From positions 77,748,001-77,812,000 of the forward strand of contig OZ024747.1 in NCBI GenBank assembly GCA_964016885.1: a DNA stretch of 64,000 nucleotides. Direction: 5' to 3'. Made by a program: the position numbers and the translations under genes. Below the pieces are notes generated by a model. It saw only the letters and a list, made by a program, of their open reading frames with translations. It had not been told where the DNA came from and did no database searches. Of this stretch, positions 1 to 12,587 are shown in pieces. This stretch comes from Eledone cirrhosa. Its lineage: Eukaryota. Within the stretch, counting starts at the first letter, position 1, and each line of letters starts with the position of its first letter.

Positions 1-66
1 TTACTTCTTCCCAAGCGTGAAACTAAGACTAAGTGTTCTTGCATCTGTTTGTCTTGTCTATACTTG

Positions 67-69
<3 letters not shown>

Positions 70-109
<40 letters not shown>

Positions 110-1077
110 CACAAACACACAATATATACATAGATATATATATACATACATATATATATATATAATACACACAAACACAATATATACATAGATATATATA
201 TATATACATACATATAAATATATATAATGTATATATATATATTTATACACACAAACAATATATACATAGATATATATATACATAGATATATATATACATA
301 CATGTAATTGCATACACACACACATATATATATACATACATATATACATGCATATATACATGCATATACATATACATATGTACATGCATATACATATATA
401 TATATACATGCATACACATATATATATATACATGCATACACATATATATATATATACATGCATACACATATATATATATATATATACATGCATACACATA
501 TATATATATACATGCATACACATATATATATACATGCATACACACATATATACATGCATACACACACATATATATACATGCACACATATATATATACACA
601 TGCATATATATATATACACATACATATATATATACACATACATATATATATATACACATACATATATATATATACACATACATATATACACATACATATA
701 TATATACACATACATATATATATACACATACATATATATATATACACATACATATATATATATACACATACATATATACACATACATATATATATATATA
801 CATGCATACACATATATACATACACATACATATATATATACATGCATACACATATATACATACATACATAAAAATATATATACATACACATGCATATGCA
901 CATATATATACACATACATTGATACATATATACACACATACATACAGCCATATATATACATGCATACACATTCATATATATATATATATAAATATATATT
1001 TATATATATATACATACACACATACATACAGTCATATATATACATGCATACACACATATATACATACACACATATTC

Positions 1078-1112
<35 letters not shown>

Positions 1113-1170
1113 CTCAAATTCATATATATATACACATGTGTGTGTGTATTTATATACACACACACATGAA
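70..1170. repeat. Compound (TA)n/(CA)n microsatellite with recurring CATGCATACA sub-motif
   Basis: Seen directly; it produces the spurious Y/I/M/C/V/H/T ORFs in the track. Confidence 0.95.
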
Positions 1171-1761
1171 TAAATAAGTCTTTATATAACCGACGTGACA
1201 TTTAAAAAAATAGTGATTTTCATATTTCATATTTCTAGTTATTTATTAATCAATAAGATATTAAGGCAAGGAGCAATTGTCTATTTAATTGTGTACGAGT
1301 TGTTTGGGGGGGGGGGGGGTCGTTCGACCATTTTTCAATAAACGCAGTTAATATAGAAGATAGCCATCCCTTAATCATATTATATTCTATAGAATGGAGC
1401 GAGTGCCCGCCCGTGGTGATAGCAGTAATTGCTAATAACAGACCAGGTGAAGAAGACCTAGGAAATATCTCATACACTCTTACAGTACTAGACATTGTCA
1501 TACGTGCAACATCATGATGAGATTGTCGGGGGGGGGGGATTAATTGCTTTAAAATAATATTTAATATTTACAGAGTAACAAATCCAATTAGCTCTTGAAT
1601 AGCTAATATTTTTACTGGGAAAACGATGTTTTATTGACTCAAGTATATATATATATATAGGAAAAAGTATGACCACGACGGCAGAGCTCAAGCCGTTTCG
1701 ACGGCTATTTCTTATATATATATTTATATAGAGACAGAGACAGACAGAGAGAGAAAGAGAA

Positions 1762-1816
1762 ATGACTTCTACAGAACTAGAACTGTTTCGTTCGTATGAA
1801 ATCATCAGGACATTTC
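1762..1816 (-). ncRNA. Type I hammerhead ribozyme motif (Penelope-type), left arm of an inverted duplication spanning about 1760-1870
   Basis: Minus strand reads aatgtc CTGATGA tttc-atac-gaac GAAA cag-ttctagtt-ctg TA gaagtcatt. Core intact, stem III CAG/CTG, stems I and II imperfect. Same family as 25387-25437. Confidence 0.6.
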
Positions 1817-1866
1817 TGGATGATTTCATGCGAATGAAACAGTTATAGTCCTGTAGAATAGAAGTC

Positions 1867-1922
<56 letters not shown>

Positions 1923-2039
1923 CTAATGTGGGAGTTATGTCAACTGAATCGATACGAAATATATATCGATGGGATGTAAATTCAAAACGACAAATGACTT
2001 TACCAAGCACCACTACAATTTCTTACATAGAAGACACAA

Positions 2040-2830
2040 CGACAGAATATTTGGAAGAAAGAAGTGGGGTAAAATTGGTCGATTAAGTCACTTCCGAAGC
2101 ATTACTTGACTGGCATTTTATTTTCTCGACCCTCGGTAAGATGAAAATCGAAGTTGACCCCCCCGCCCCCGGGCAGGATTATATCAAAGTATTTTCTCTG
2201 ACGCACTCTTAAAAGATTCTGCATATCACCGCCCTTTTAACAACACAAGCTTAAAGGCAATCATACGAGATGTCCATAATATTAATCGTGATTTCTGACA
2301 GACACACATCTACATTTTAAGTATATATATATATATATACCCACACATATATATATATATATACACACATTTGTTTATATATATATATATGTGTGTGTGT
2401 GTGTACACAAATATACACACACACACACGTAAATATCAATTTATGGCTGGTATTTTGTTTAAGCCCCTGCAACACAGATAAGTTAACAAAGGCAAAATTT
2501 GAACTAAAAATACCAAGAAATCAGTTAGTTTGTCGCTCTACTGCTTTAGATACCGTTAATAATAATTGTTTCTACGTTAGGCACAAGGCCAGCAATTAAC
2601 CAGTGCATTACTGGTACTTTATTTTATCGACCCCGTAATAATAATAACAGACATTTCTTTCGTCTAGGCACAAGACCAAAAGATGTCCCTTAATGATCTG
2701 AGTTCAAATACTGTGGAGGTCAATTTAACCGTTTTTCGCCGTTCTGGGGTTGAAAGAGAGAGAGTCGATTTTATAGCAACTATATATCCATCTCCCCACA
2801 AAAAAAATCTATGGTTTTGTGGCTAAGAAA
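2040..2830. mobile_element. Cluster of degenerate tRNA-type SINE fragments in both orientations
   Basis: 2560-2635 is the reverse complement of the GGGGTCGATAAAATAAAGTACCAG...AATTGCTGGCCTTGTGCC unit at 26365-27255. 2110-2180 and 2695-2830 are weaker copies (B-box-like GAGTTCAAAT near 2700). Confidence 0.65.
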
Positions 2831-3075
2831 TCAATTGGGGCTGTGTTGTGTTTAACTCTATGTCGGCCCCGATTGAGGAGACTTGTGGCCCAAAACACAT
2901 TTAAACTTCAAATATAGGATAATGTAGGTGTAGATTTAAGAAATCAATAGGGGCTGGGTTGTGTTTAACTGCATGTCAGTCCTGATTGAGAAGACCTATG
3001 GCTAAAATTATACCATTTTAAACTTGAAACATAGGATAAGTATATATATAACATAGGCGTAGATTTAGCTGCTAT
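2825..3075 (+). repeat. About 113-bp imperfect tandem duplication of an interspersed repeat fragment
   Basis: AAGAAATCAAT..GGGGCTG.GTTGTGTTTAACT at about 2825 and 2938; related CCTGATTGAGCAGAC piece near 4995. Confidence 0.6.
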
Positions 3076-3172
3076 TTTTAGTTGGTCGAGCGATCGTGTA
3101 GAGGGCTCGTTCGTTGATTCGAATAAAGGTTGTTTTGGAAGAGAAGGAATTAAAATGCCGGTTTATACTTAC

Positions 3173-3286
3173 AGTATGATTAATGCCCCACATGAAGACA
3201 CTGAGCAGGGGTTCATTGGCTCTGAACAGCTTCACTTTTTGCTGGACAGTTTTCATTTTAAGGTGCTTCCTTTTGGCACTAGCCAT
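3173..3286 (-). CDS. PIP4K2: Phosphatidylinositol 5-phosphate 4-kinase type-2, first coding exon (no further exons recognised; gene probably continues left of the window)
   Basis: [38 protein letters not shown] matches the PIP4K2 N-terminal motif ([23 protein letters not shown] in vertebrates) and is followed by a phase-0 GTAAGT donor at 3172. Confidence 0.92.
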
Positions 3287-3859
3287 GTTTGTTTGGTTGG
3301 TTGGTTGGTTCTTTTATTATTGTAATTAATCACAAAAGTGTAGGGTCAGTCGGGAGACAGAGAGAGAAAATCACTCATACACACTACACAATATTTGTGA
3401 AATTTATAAATATAGCAGGTGTAGAGTTTGGAATTCTACCCCAACAACCTGCATAGATAGACGGGCTTTTAAAGGGGTGGGGATCTCAGTTAAAATAGCC
3501 AGACATCATCATCATCCAGTGGAGAATGAGAATTAAAACAAGTGAAACTGTTCGTATCAGTTAAGTACGTACAACTGAGTGGGTGTGTATAAACACAGCT
3601 ATATATATATATGGATGTGTGTGTATATATATATTTATATATGTGTGTAGCTAAAGCGTGTATAATTGTATAACAGCAATAGGTGGTGTAAAGCAGAAGT
3701 GTAGATATTCATGTGTGTGTGTATATATATATATATATAACGTGTGTATATAAGTCTATATGTTGTAAAAGCAAGCAGATGGCTTTAAATGACAGATTTG
3801 TAGTTGTTTTCTTTTAAATCCTTTATCATGAGTCATGTAATCCCAATAGGAAGGAAGGA

Positions 3860-4025
3860 GACATAATGTTGTTGTTCTTGCAGTGGTTGTTGTTGTACTG
3901 TAGGTATTGTTGTTGTTATTGTGTTATAGTGATGGTTGTTGTTGTTCTTCTTGTCGTTGTAGTGGCAGTGGCAGTGGTTGGTCTTCTAGTTGCTGTAGCT
4001 GCAGTGGTTGTTGTTGTGTTGTATA
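3860..4025. repeat. (GTT)n-rich low-complexity tract
   Basis: Seen directly. Confidence 0.8.
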
Positions 4026-4772
4026 CAAGAGGCGGTGATTAGATGAATACTGTTATTTCAAAAAGGTCAACTAAGTAAATCCATAAGAAAGGAACACAAC
4101 ACATACATTTGAAACAAACAAAAGATAATAATAAAAGGTTAACCACTGGACAGTTTGGCTATTTTAAAGGTGTTTTCTTTTCCTTCTCACTCTTGTCTTT
4201 CTCTCTCGTTCCCTCTTTCTCCCTTTCAAACTATCATTTCACAAATAAATGGAAATGAAAAAAAAATAATCACACACACGATCAGAAAAAAATAATCTTC
4301 CGACGAGAGCTAAACTATTATTTGCTTATTTCTTCTTAATAATATACCGTATACCGTATTCTGGTTTACGTTTCATTTGCTCCGCGAATGAATAATCCTC
4401 CATAATTATCCTTCAATATTTCCGTTTGATTCTTTGAAATTTTGATAGATAATATACACACATAATATATATGTATATATATAAATATATATGTATGTAT
4501 GTATAAAACGTCTTCCAAGATAGTGAGTGTATACAAAAGTGATGGAGGTTAGTTTTTAAGTAAATGAATGGCGACAAGAAAGCGAGAAAGGGGGGGAGGG
4601 TGAGTGAGTGAAAAAAAACCACACAAAACAAAATGTTCTTCCAGTGGATAGTGGTGTGGTGTCTGCCCAAAACACACCACTGAGCCAGGGATTGTACCGC
4701 TGGTCTATCCGACTTAATTCACTGTCGAACCTGGCCGTCACTTAACTCCTCTCTATTTGTGTAATACTAAAC

Positions 4773-4816
4773 CAAAATGGCGACGATGTTTCTATACATT
4801 TCCCAGCATGCTTTGC
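4773..4816. promoter_or_regulatory. Probable PIP4K2 promoter with YY1-like and ZNF143/Staf-like sites
   Basis: CAAAATGGCGAC (4773-4784) fits the YY1 consensus; TTCCCAGCATGCTTTGC (4800-4816) fits the ZNF143/Staf consensus. Lies in unique, relatively CpG-rich sequence about 1.5 kb upstream of the PIP4K2 ATG. Confidence 0.55.
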
Positions 4817-5693
4817 CAGATTCTATTTCCAAGGGAGATAACTGCACTGTATTTTTATTTTATTTTAATTCCTCTTTTTTTTATTTCCTATTTTCCTTAC
4901 AGCACCACCACCTTTCATAATTCCGAAGCAGGTCTTTTATGCCGCTCCCTCCCTCTCTCTTAATTTCATTCCAGAGCGACAAGTTGTTGTGGTCAGCCCT
5001 GATTGAGCAGACTTATGATAAAAGGTGTTCTAACTGTGACTGCTATTTCTAGCGAATTAAGTGGTAGCGCTTTCAATTTGGCATAAAAAGATACCATGAA
5101 ACCACCAGGTTTAATCTGATTTATTTTATTTGTATTTAGTTTTATCCTTCGGCATTCTCATTTCGAAATCTTTTGCTATGGCAAAGTTGGTGAAATAAAG
5201 TACCAGTAATTTACCAAAATCAACGTATTTCGTTGTCGGTCTCCCTTTTCATAATTGGCCTACCCCTATCGCTTTAGTTAAGCTATATAAATAATAAATT
5301 TGATAACAAACTGTGATTTGTTAGATTATCATTTATTGAAGAATAAAAAAATTTTTTTACATAGAATGTACAATTTATTGTAATATAAAATATCCATGCT
5401 TACATTCAAGAATATATATTTAGTCATTGGGTGTCTTAATCAGAATTCATTCCGACCAAACTCCCACCCATTTCTTGTTCACAAGCCTTTTCCTGCAAAT
5501 GTTCAAGCTGGGCACCAACTACATCAGTTTCCTGTCTGGTTGGGTTTGCAAAATATAAGCATAGCTCATCCCCTTTGGATGAACTTGGAAATATATATAT
5601 ATACATCTGTATGTGGTTGAAAGGTGGGAGAAAAGAGTACTTAATACCGAAGTAGAGTTTTAATATTCATTTTATTAAGGTTAAATAGTGAGT

Positions 5694-5741
5694 CTTGTTA
5701 CTCTGGAGTTTCACCTGTTTATCACAGGTTCATCAGACAAG
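5694..5741 (-). ncRNA. Type I hammerhead ribozyme motif inside a 150-bp palindrome (about 5663-5812)
   Basis: Minus strand: CTTGT CTGATGA ACCTG-tgataaa-CAGGT GAAA CTCCAGAG TA ACAAG. Perfect 5-bp stem I and 5-bp stem II, short stem III, GUA cleavage triplet. Confidence 0.85.
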
Positions 5742-8007
5742 AACTTGTCTAATGATAAACATGTGAAACTCCAGAGTAACAAGACTCACTATTAAACCTT
5801 AATAAAATGAATATATACAAATATGTTTGTCATACCAGTGTTGAACAAAAGTTAACCTTCAATAAGGTAGTTTCAAACCCAACTTGAAGTGTTTTTACTC
5901 ATAATCTAGTGTAAGATATAAACATCACTCTCCTCTCCCTTAAAATGTAGGACTTTTGTCAAAACAAAACAAATATTCTTTCCCACATAATGACCACCCT
6001 AGAGACTGGTCAGCTCAGTTGAAACTGGATTTCCTATTCCAGTTGTAGCTGTTTCGCTCTGCTTATGTTACTGATGTCTTTTAGAAAGGTATGAATGTCA
6101 CTTAATCTCATTACTCACCTATAAATACTTCAAACCTAATCAATTACTAATGAGAGCTCAACTGTAATCTATATATCTGGAACAATATCAGAAATCTCAT
6201 ACAAAACAAGTTTATCAAACTTATCAGCGAAGATTGAATAATCTACGGACTGAGAGAATACATAAGTGAGATACAAATCCCTGGCCTGTCTGGGAGGTCA
6301 GTAGCCCTGCTTCAGTACTGACTTGGTCTATGTAGACCTGTCCAACCCTTGCTAGCAGGGAACACAGACATTAAAATGATGATGATGTCTACAACAACTG
6401 GCTCTCACAGATTTATTATTATATATATATTATTTCTCTTGATTTTTTACACTGCCACTGTGTCCTCTTTTCCTCTGAACCAGCAAGCTACACAGCATTT
6501 TCACCCCATCTAACTTAATCTACCTGTCTCATTATCTCACCTGTGTCTGACCCACCTAACTTTGGCCCAGTTCTTCTTCACAGCTGCAGCTCTCTGGGAT
6601 TTATTCCTGTCTTTGTTGTTGTTTATGTCTACTTTCAGCAAGATGACATATTATCAAAGATATTACACCCATGACCACCATGTCCATGTAAGAGTATCTA
6701 GGAATACATTTTGTAATAATATAACCTTTCCATGTTTAACAGTGTTAGGGAGTGATCTGAGGGGAATTTGGCTGCTATTTTTAACAGGTTAAGCAGCCAC
6801 CTAGAGACTCCTATGCAGTTAGTCTAGCTGTAGTAAGCTAGTGCTAGGTTAAATAAATCAGATTCACAGAAGAAACAGAAATCTTTAGTCTTTGGACATT
6901 AGACAGACTAGCAATGGGTCTTTATTTTTTTCTATTTTGAGCCAATCTTAATTAAAGGTTGGGATGTTTGACATTAATAAAGTATTAGTTCCAATTAGAT
7001 CTGTCATAATTGAAACAGAGTCACAGATGCTAACCACCACCTTTTAACTTTTAACACAAAAGCTCCTGAAACAATCACTGGTTCTATGATACTAAACTAT
7101 TTATTTGGAAATGTTTATATGTAGCTGCAAACCACCATCATAATTCTATGCAAGAACCTTTGTTAAGCAATGCTCCAAAAGACAAGGTTACTTAATCTTT
7201 TCATTGCCATATTCCTAAATAAAAGACACTGCCTATGATTTTTAAATAATTTTGAAAAATAATTAAGAATTTGGAACAATAACTTAACAAAAGTTCTTAA
7301 TTAAAATTATGATAGAAGGATTTAAATAATTATAAACATTTTAAGACATTTAAAGTTTTGTAGAGTTGTCATTTGGTATCAAAGGATTTATATTATAAAA
7401 TTCTTCCAAATTTTAAAATAGTTTTCAAAAATATTTGAAACTCATAGCTTGCATCTTTTATTTGAAATATGGTAAGAGAGGATACACCTCTACTCCTCTG
7501 TGAGCACTTCACCTGTTTCCTCATGGAACATGTCAAAACAATAGTCAATAGTGACATAGACAACACTTCAAACAGATAGTTATATTTTTGTTTCAACAAA
7601 ACAGAATACAATTGACAATATTAATTTGATCTCCAGCACTCCCAGCTACTTCAATGGTATAGACGTGCACTTTGTGTGTGTATATATATATATATATATA
7701 CATGCACACTTTATGTGTGTGTGTATATATATATATTGTATTAATATATAAGGAACAAAGAATCAGTGTTACATACCGCTTACGGACACAATTAACTTGC
7801 ACCTTTACAACCCTTGCAAGCAGGGAAAAGTGGACGTAAAATGATGACATATATATATAGAATAAGGAAAATGCTTGAATTGCCTTGGAAACGTAACCTT
7901 ATTACATAAAAATCCCACCAAGGTCAATAAAAAAGTGCCAGTCTAGTACTGGGGTCTATCCTTCTCTTTCTTATGTTTGTCACTTGGTTTTAAAGTATAT
8001 ATATATA

Positions 8008-8795
8008 TATCATCATCAGTTTATGTCCGCTTTTCCCTGCTTGCAAAGGTGGGACGGGTCTTCTTCAGCACACATCTCTCCATTCGTCATCTCCTCTGTG
8101 AGCTTCAACGATCTGAGGTCAGCCCTCACCACTTCCGCCCATGTTTTACGTGGTCTTCCTTCCACCGGGATTTCTTCACCCAGCAGTTATCTTCCATGCG
8201 CATCATATGGCCATACCAATGCAGTCTGCTCTCCTGCACACTACAGTTTCATTCTCAACTCGTCCATGCTTGGTCGTTCCCGCATTGCACATCTATCAGA
8301 GCATGCTTGCTTTATTTCTCTCCATCCTTCGCATATCCTCCACAGTTGCTGCCCATGTCTCACCTGTATGCGTCTCACACAGGCATCATACAACTGACCT
8401 TTCATTCGTAGGGAAACCCTTTGTTGTCAACAGAAGAAGCAGTTCCTAAACTTCTTCCATCTTGTCCTTATTCTAGATACTATGGCCTCGGTGCATCCTC
8501 CTCCCTTGTTAATCTGATCACCTAGATATCGGAAGCTATCAACCACCTCTATAGATCCTACCTGCATGTGCCTATCACTGACACTTCTACTATCAATTTT
8601 TCCTGAACATCTACTACATATGAAGTTTTCCCTTCCTGTTAGTTTGCTTGCTATCCCACTACACCTTTTGTGTACCCAAGATCTGCATTGTGTACATTCT
8701 ATAAAGTTTATGCCAACTCCTTTTCTACATATCAAACATTGGCTATTTCCCTGATGGAATAGTCTTGTCCTCTTTCCTACTTATCAACACCTTTG
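8008..8795 (-). mobile_element. Degenerate RTE-clade LINE 3' fragment
   Basis: ORF 8427-8735 (CRKGVG..IECTQCRSWVHKRCSGI..EVVDSFRYLGDQI) is homologous to the 21102-21929 product; (CAT)n tail near 8010. Confidence 0.85.
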
Positions 8796-9489
8796 ATTTA
8801 TATACCTGTGTGTCTGGATCTATCTTTGCTAATCTAAACTAGTTGTATGTCCTTTTATGTCAATATGTAACTTTGTGATTTGATAAATAGAACAATAAAA
8901 CTAATTACTGGAGTTAATTAACCTACACCCTTGCAGTTGGTGCTCCAGTATGGTCATAGTCAAATGACAGCAACCAGTAAAAGAAAGAAAGAAAGAATAC
9001 TGCTGTATGTGTTCATATGAAGAAAACCAAAAAAATATATATATATAGAGAGAGAGAGAGAGGGGGAGAGAGTGAGTGAAAGGATGAGGAAGAGAGATAA
9101 ACATGTATCTCCCCATGTGTGCTAGTAGTCATGGTACTCTCTCTCTCCACACACACTAATAAAGAAATCACATACTCAAGTAAGAACATTAACATTATTA
9201 AGATATAGAACCTAATCCCAATCATAGCAAATCCTGCTGAAATTAATCAATATCCACCAACTTCCTTCCTTAAATCGAAAGAAATAAGAACCCAATTTCC
9301 TAAATATACTCTTCCAAATCTCTCTACCAGTGAATTAGCTACCAATTCCATCAGCAAATATAGAAACTACAGCAATTTTGTAAAAAAAAAACTAACAAGA
9401 TTTCTTATTTACACGCTATTTGTCAATTTATGATGAGGTGGAACTTTTCATTGTAGGAGTAAAGTTGAACATGGAAAAATGAATATTAA

Positions 9490-9625
9490 ATTCATCATCA
9501 ATTTTCCATGCTTGCTTGAGTTAGACAGGTTGTCACATTATAAAGCTAGACTGGTCATACGGTCAAGATTTGGCTTGGTTTTCTACAGCTGGATACCCTT
9601 CCTAAGGCCAACTACTCTCAGATCT
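9490..9625 (-). mobile_element. RTE-related 3'-end / SINE fragment
   Basis: TTTTCCATGCTTGC..GTTAGAC and TTTCTACAGCTGGAT.CCCTTCCTAA motifs shared with the RTE 3' UTRs in this window. Confidence 0.65.
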
Positions 9626-10131
9626 CAAACAATTGCCCCCCCCCCCCCCCCCCCACACTTATTAATTTTCTATTATCTCATTCAGTAATCTTCCATGCTA
9701 CCTTCTTTTCAGCATCAGTGAGGGCAGGTTCGCCATAATCATTTTAGACAGTCTTGCAATCCTGAACACCTCACGCTGCAAAACATGCTTCAATCTTTTG
9801 TCTTCTGCCTCCCTTCTAGCAAGGTATACTTGTCACATAGCTTCTCTCCTAGCATTCTGGTAGACTTCTCTACTACCCCCATTTTGCAAATCCTTCCAAG
9901 GCTGTCTTTTGGCCTTGTCTCATCTACCTTACTATTCCACCACCAAGTCACTCTCCTCCTCCCTAGAGACCTACTCCAGCCACAGTTTTCATCTGTCACC
10001 TTCAGTGGGTTATCTTTCAGGAACTCCCACTGCTCTTCTATATCGTGTCTCTATTTTCTCTTCCTTACTGTTGATGACGTCAATCAACATACTTCTAAAT
10101 TTATTACTGGTTGATGGGGTTTTTAACCTCC

Positions 10132-11420
10132 ATATCATCATCATCATCACCGTTTTACGTCCGTTCTTCCACGCTAGCATGGGTTAGACGGGTTGTCCTG
10201 TTGTATGCAGTGTCTGGTCGGCTGACCATGCCTTGCTCATACAGGAACTGATCTGGCTTGATTTCTACAGCTGGATGCCCTTCCTAACACCAACCTCATT
10301 TACAGTGAGTGCTGGGTGCTTTTTCGTGGCGCCTACACGTCCACTTTACAGTGTGGGCTGGGTGCTTTTTTGCCGTGGCACCTCCACGACCACCTTGCGG
10401 TGGGGGCATATTGTTTATATGCTTCAGCATGTACTCATGGGAGGTCGGGTACTCTATATTACTGCGTGACGCCAGAAGTCACGGTCGTGTGTCATTGTCT
10501 TTGAGAGGTGTAATTGGGTAAGGTCGGCTTTTATCACCTCATCCCAGGTCATCTTGGGTCTCCCCACTCCGCGATTTCCATCAACTTCTAGTGCTCTGCA
10601 CCTTTTTATGCAGCTGTCATCCTTCATACGCATCACATGTCCATACCAGCGCAACCGCCTCTCCTGCACACAGCATTTGATTCCTCTTATGCTCAGTCTC
10701 ACTCTCAATTCATTTATGCTTTGTCGTTCACGTATATTACTGTTGCACATCCATCGGAGCATGCAGGCTTCGTTTCTCTCTAATCTACGTAAGTCTTCCA
10801 CCTTCAGCGCCCAGGTCTCACTACCATGCAACATCGCTGTTCGGATACACGCATCATACAGTCTGCCTTTCATTCTGAGGGAGACCCTTTTGCAGCTAGC
10901 AGTGGTAGTAGTTCCCTAAACTTCTTCCATCCCGTTCTTACCCTAGTTATTGTACTTTCTGAACACCCACCTCCGTTGCTAATTCGGTCACCTAGGTAGC
11001 AGAAGCTGTCTACTGTTTCTACAGGGCCCTCCCAGAGATTGGTGGTACTTGTTTCCTGTGGCTGTCTGCTGTTTCAGCACAGCTGCTGCATGTGAATCCT
11101 ACATTCTTAATTAAGCTTCCTGAGATCCCGCTACATCTCTTGTGTACCCATTGTTTGCATTTGGGGCAGAGAATGGAGTTCCTACCTACACCTTTCCTAC
11201 ATACTGAGCAAGGCCATTTCCCTGAGGGGATCTGGGTTCTGTTTTCTTGTCTACTTACAAGGACCTTAGTCTTTGTCATGTTGACTTTTAGACCCTTTCT
11301 CTCTAGTCCCTGCTTCCAGGTTTGGAATTTATTCTCTAGTTCTACCATAGATTCAGCTATGAGTGCGAGGTCATCAGCATACAGGAGTTCCCATGGGCAT
11401 CCGGTCTTAAACTCCTCCGT
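10132..11420 (-). mobile_element. 5'-truncated RTE-clade LINE (RT C-terminal half, Cys-rich insert, 3' UTR, (ATG)n tail), frameshifted
   Basis: ORF 11019-11420 has the RT motif PWELLYADDL; ORF 10454-10873 has LHGSETW..RRLRWYGHVMR..GRPKMTWDEV; (CAT)n at 10134-10150. Confidence 0.92.
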
Positions 11421-11585
11421 TATATACATACACACACACACACATATGAATATATACATATACACACATATAAATATATATACACATACACAAAAATATA
11501 TGCATGTATGCATATATATATATATATATGTTCACACACATACATATAAATACACACACACACATACATATAAATATATATATAT

Positions 11586-12351
11586 ATAAGAGGGATCAGA
11601 TGTTGTTTACTCGAGAGAAGGCTACGTTGGTACGGTCACGTGATGCGCATGAAAGACGACAGCTGTATAACAAAGTGCAGGGCAATAAAGATAGACGGTA
11701 GCCACGGAGTAGGCAGACCCAGAAAAACATGGGACGAGCTGATAAATTCCGACCTCACACGCTTACACCTCTCCAAGACAATGTCACTGGACCGAGACCT
11801 TTGGCGGTACTCAGTAATAGAGAAGACCCGCCTTACCTAAATACAAAGTAAAAACCTACTACAGTCAGTAGGCACCTCTATCAAAACACACCCCCGTCCC
11901 ACCACCTCCACCCCACCCACACCGCCCCTTTCAATGTAAAGTTATGTTGGTCCCACAACATCCAGGCCGAAACAAATGAGATCGTGTAGGTGTCACGACA
12001 AAAAACACACAGTCCACGCTGTAAATGTGGCCGTGTAGGCAACACGGTAAAAACCTCCCAGCCCCACACTGTAAATGTGGTTGGTGTTAGGAAGGGCATC
12101 CAGCTGTAGAAAACCAGCCAGACAGTCCACGCTGTAATGTGGCCGTGTAGGCAACACGGTAAAAACCTCCCAGCCCCACACTGTAAATGTGGTTGGTGTT
12201 AGGAAGGGCATCCAACTGTAGAAAACCCGCCAGACAGTCCTATGCGAGCAAGACAATCACTCTTGCCTCAAGTGGGAAAACCCCCGTCCAAACCCATGCA
12301 AGCGTGGAACACGGACGCTAAACCTGATGATGATGATGATGATGATGATGA
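11586..12351 (+). mobile_element. Short young RTE LINE copy, near-identical to 21675-22441
   Basis: Colinear at a constant offset of 10089 bp; ends in (GAT)n; flanked by TA/CA repeats. Confidence 0.92.
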
Positions 12352-12453
12352 TATACCATAAATATACACACATAAATATAAATGTAATACACACACACAT
12401 ATATATATATATATATACATATAAATATAACACATTAATGATGACCATTGAAA

Positions 12454-12459
12454 TTTATT
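12454..12459 (-). terminator. Putative polyadenylation signal of PSMB3
   Basis: TTTATT on plus is AATAAA on minus, about 80 nt after the stop codon. Confidence 0.6.
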
Positions 12460-12538
12460 TGGAAACATCTTCGACATAAGGAAAGAAGAAGAAAAAGAAA
12501 TCAAAATGTAAAATGTAAAAGTTAATGAATTTCTCAGT

Positions 12539-12587
12539 TTAATCCATTCTAGCTCTCAGGATTCTTTCCGTCACTTTGTCTTTCTCT
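12539..12587 (-). CDS. PSMB3: Proteasome subunit beta type-3, exon 6 (last)
   Basis: ttttcag acceptor; (I)EKDKVTERILRARMD*; 49 nt, phase matches exon 5. Confidence 0.93.

Noticed and set aside
29-1173. Long ORFs of 120-346 aa on both strands
   Set aside because: Translations of TA/CA microsatellite, which lacks stop codons; no protein signal.
3065-3172. C-terminal part of the 73-aa ORF
   Set aside because: Intron read-through after the GTAAGT donor; PIP4K2 similarity ends at INHT.
4556-4760. Possible Staf-driven small RNA or short ORF beside the ZNF143 motif
   Set aside because: No recognisable tRNA or snRNA sequence or fold; more simply PIP4K2 5' UTR or promoter.
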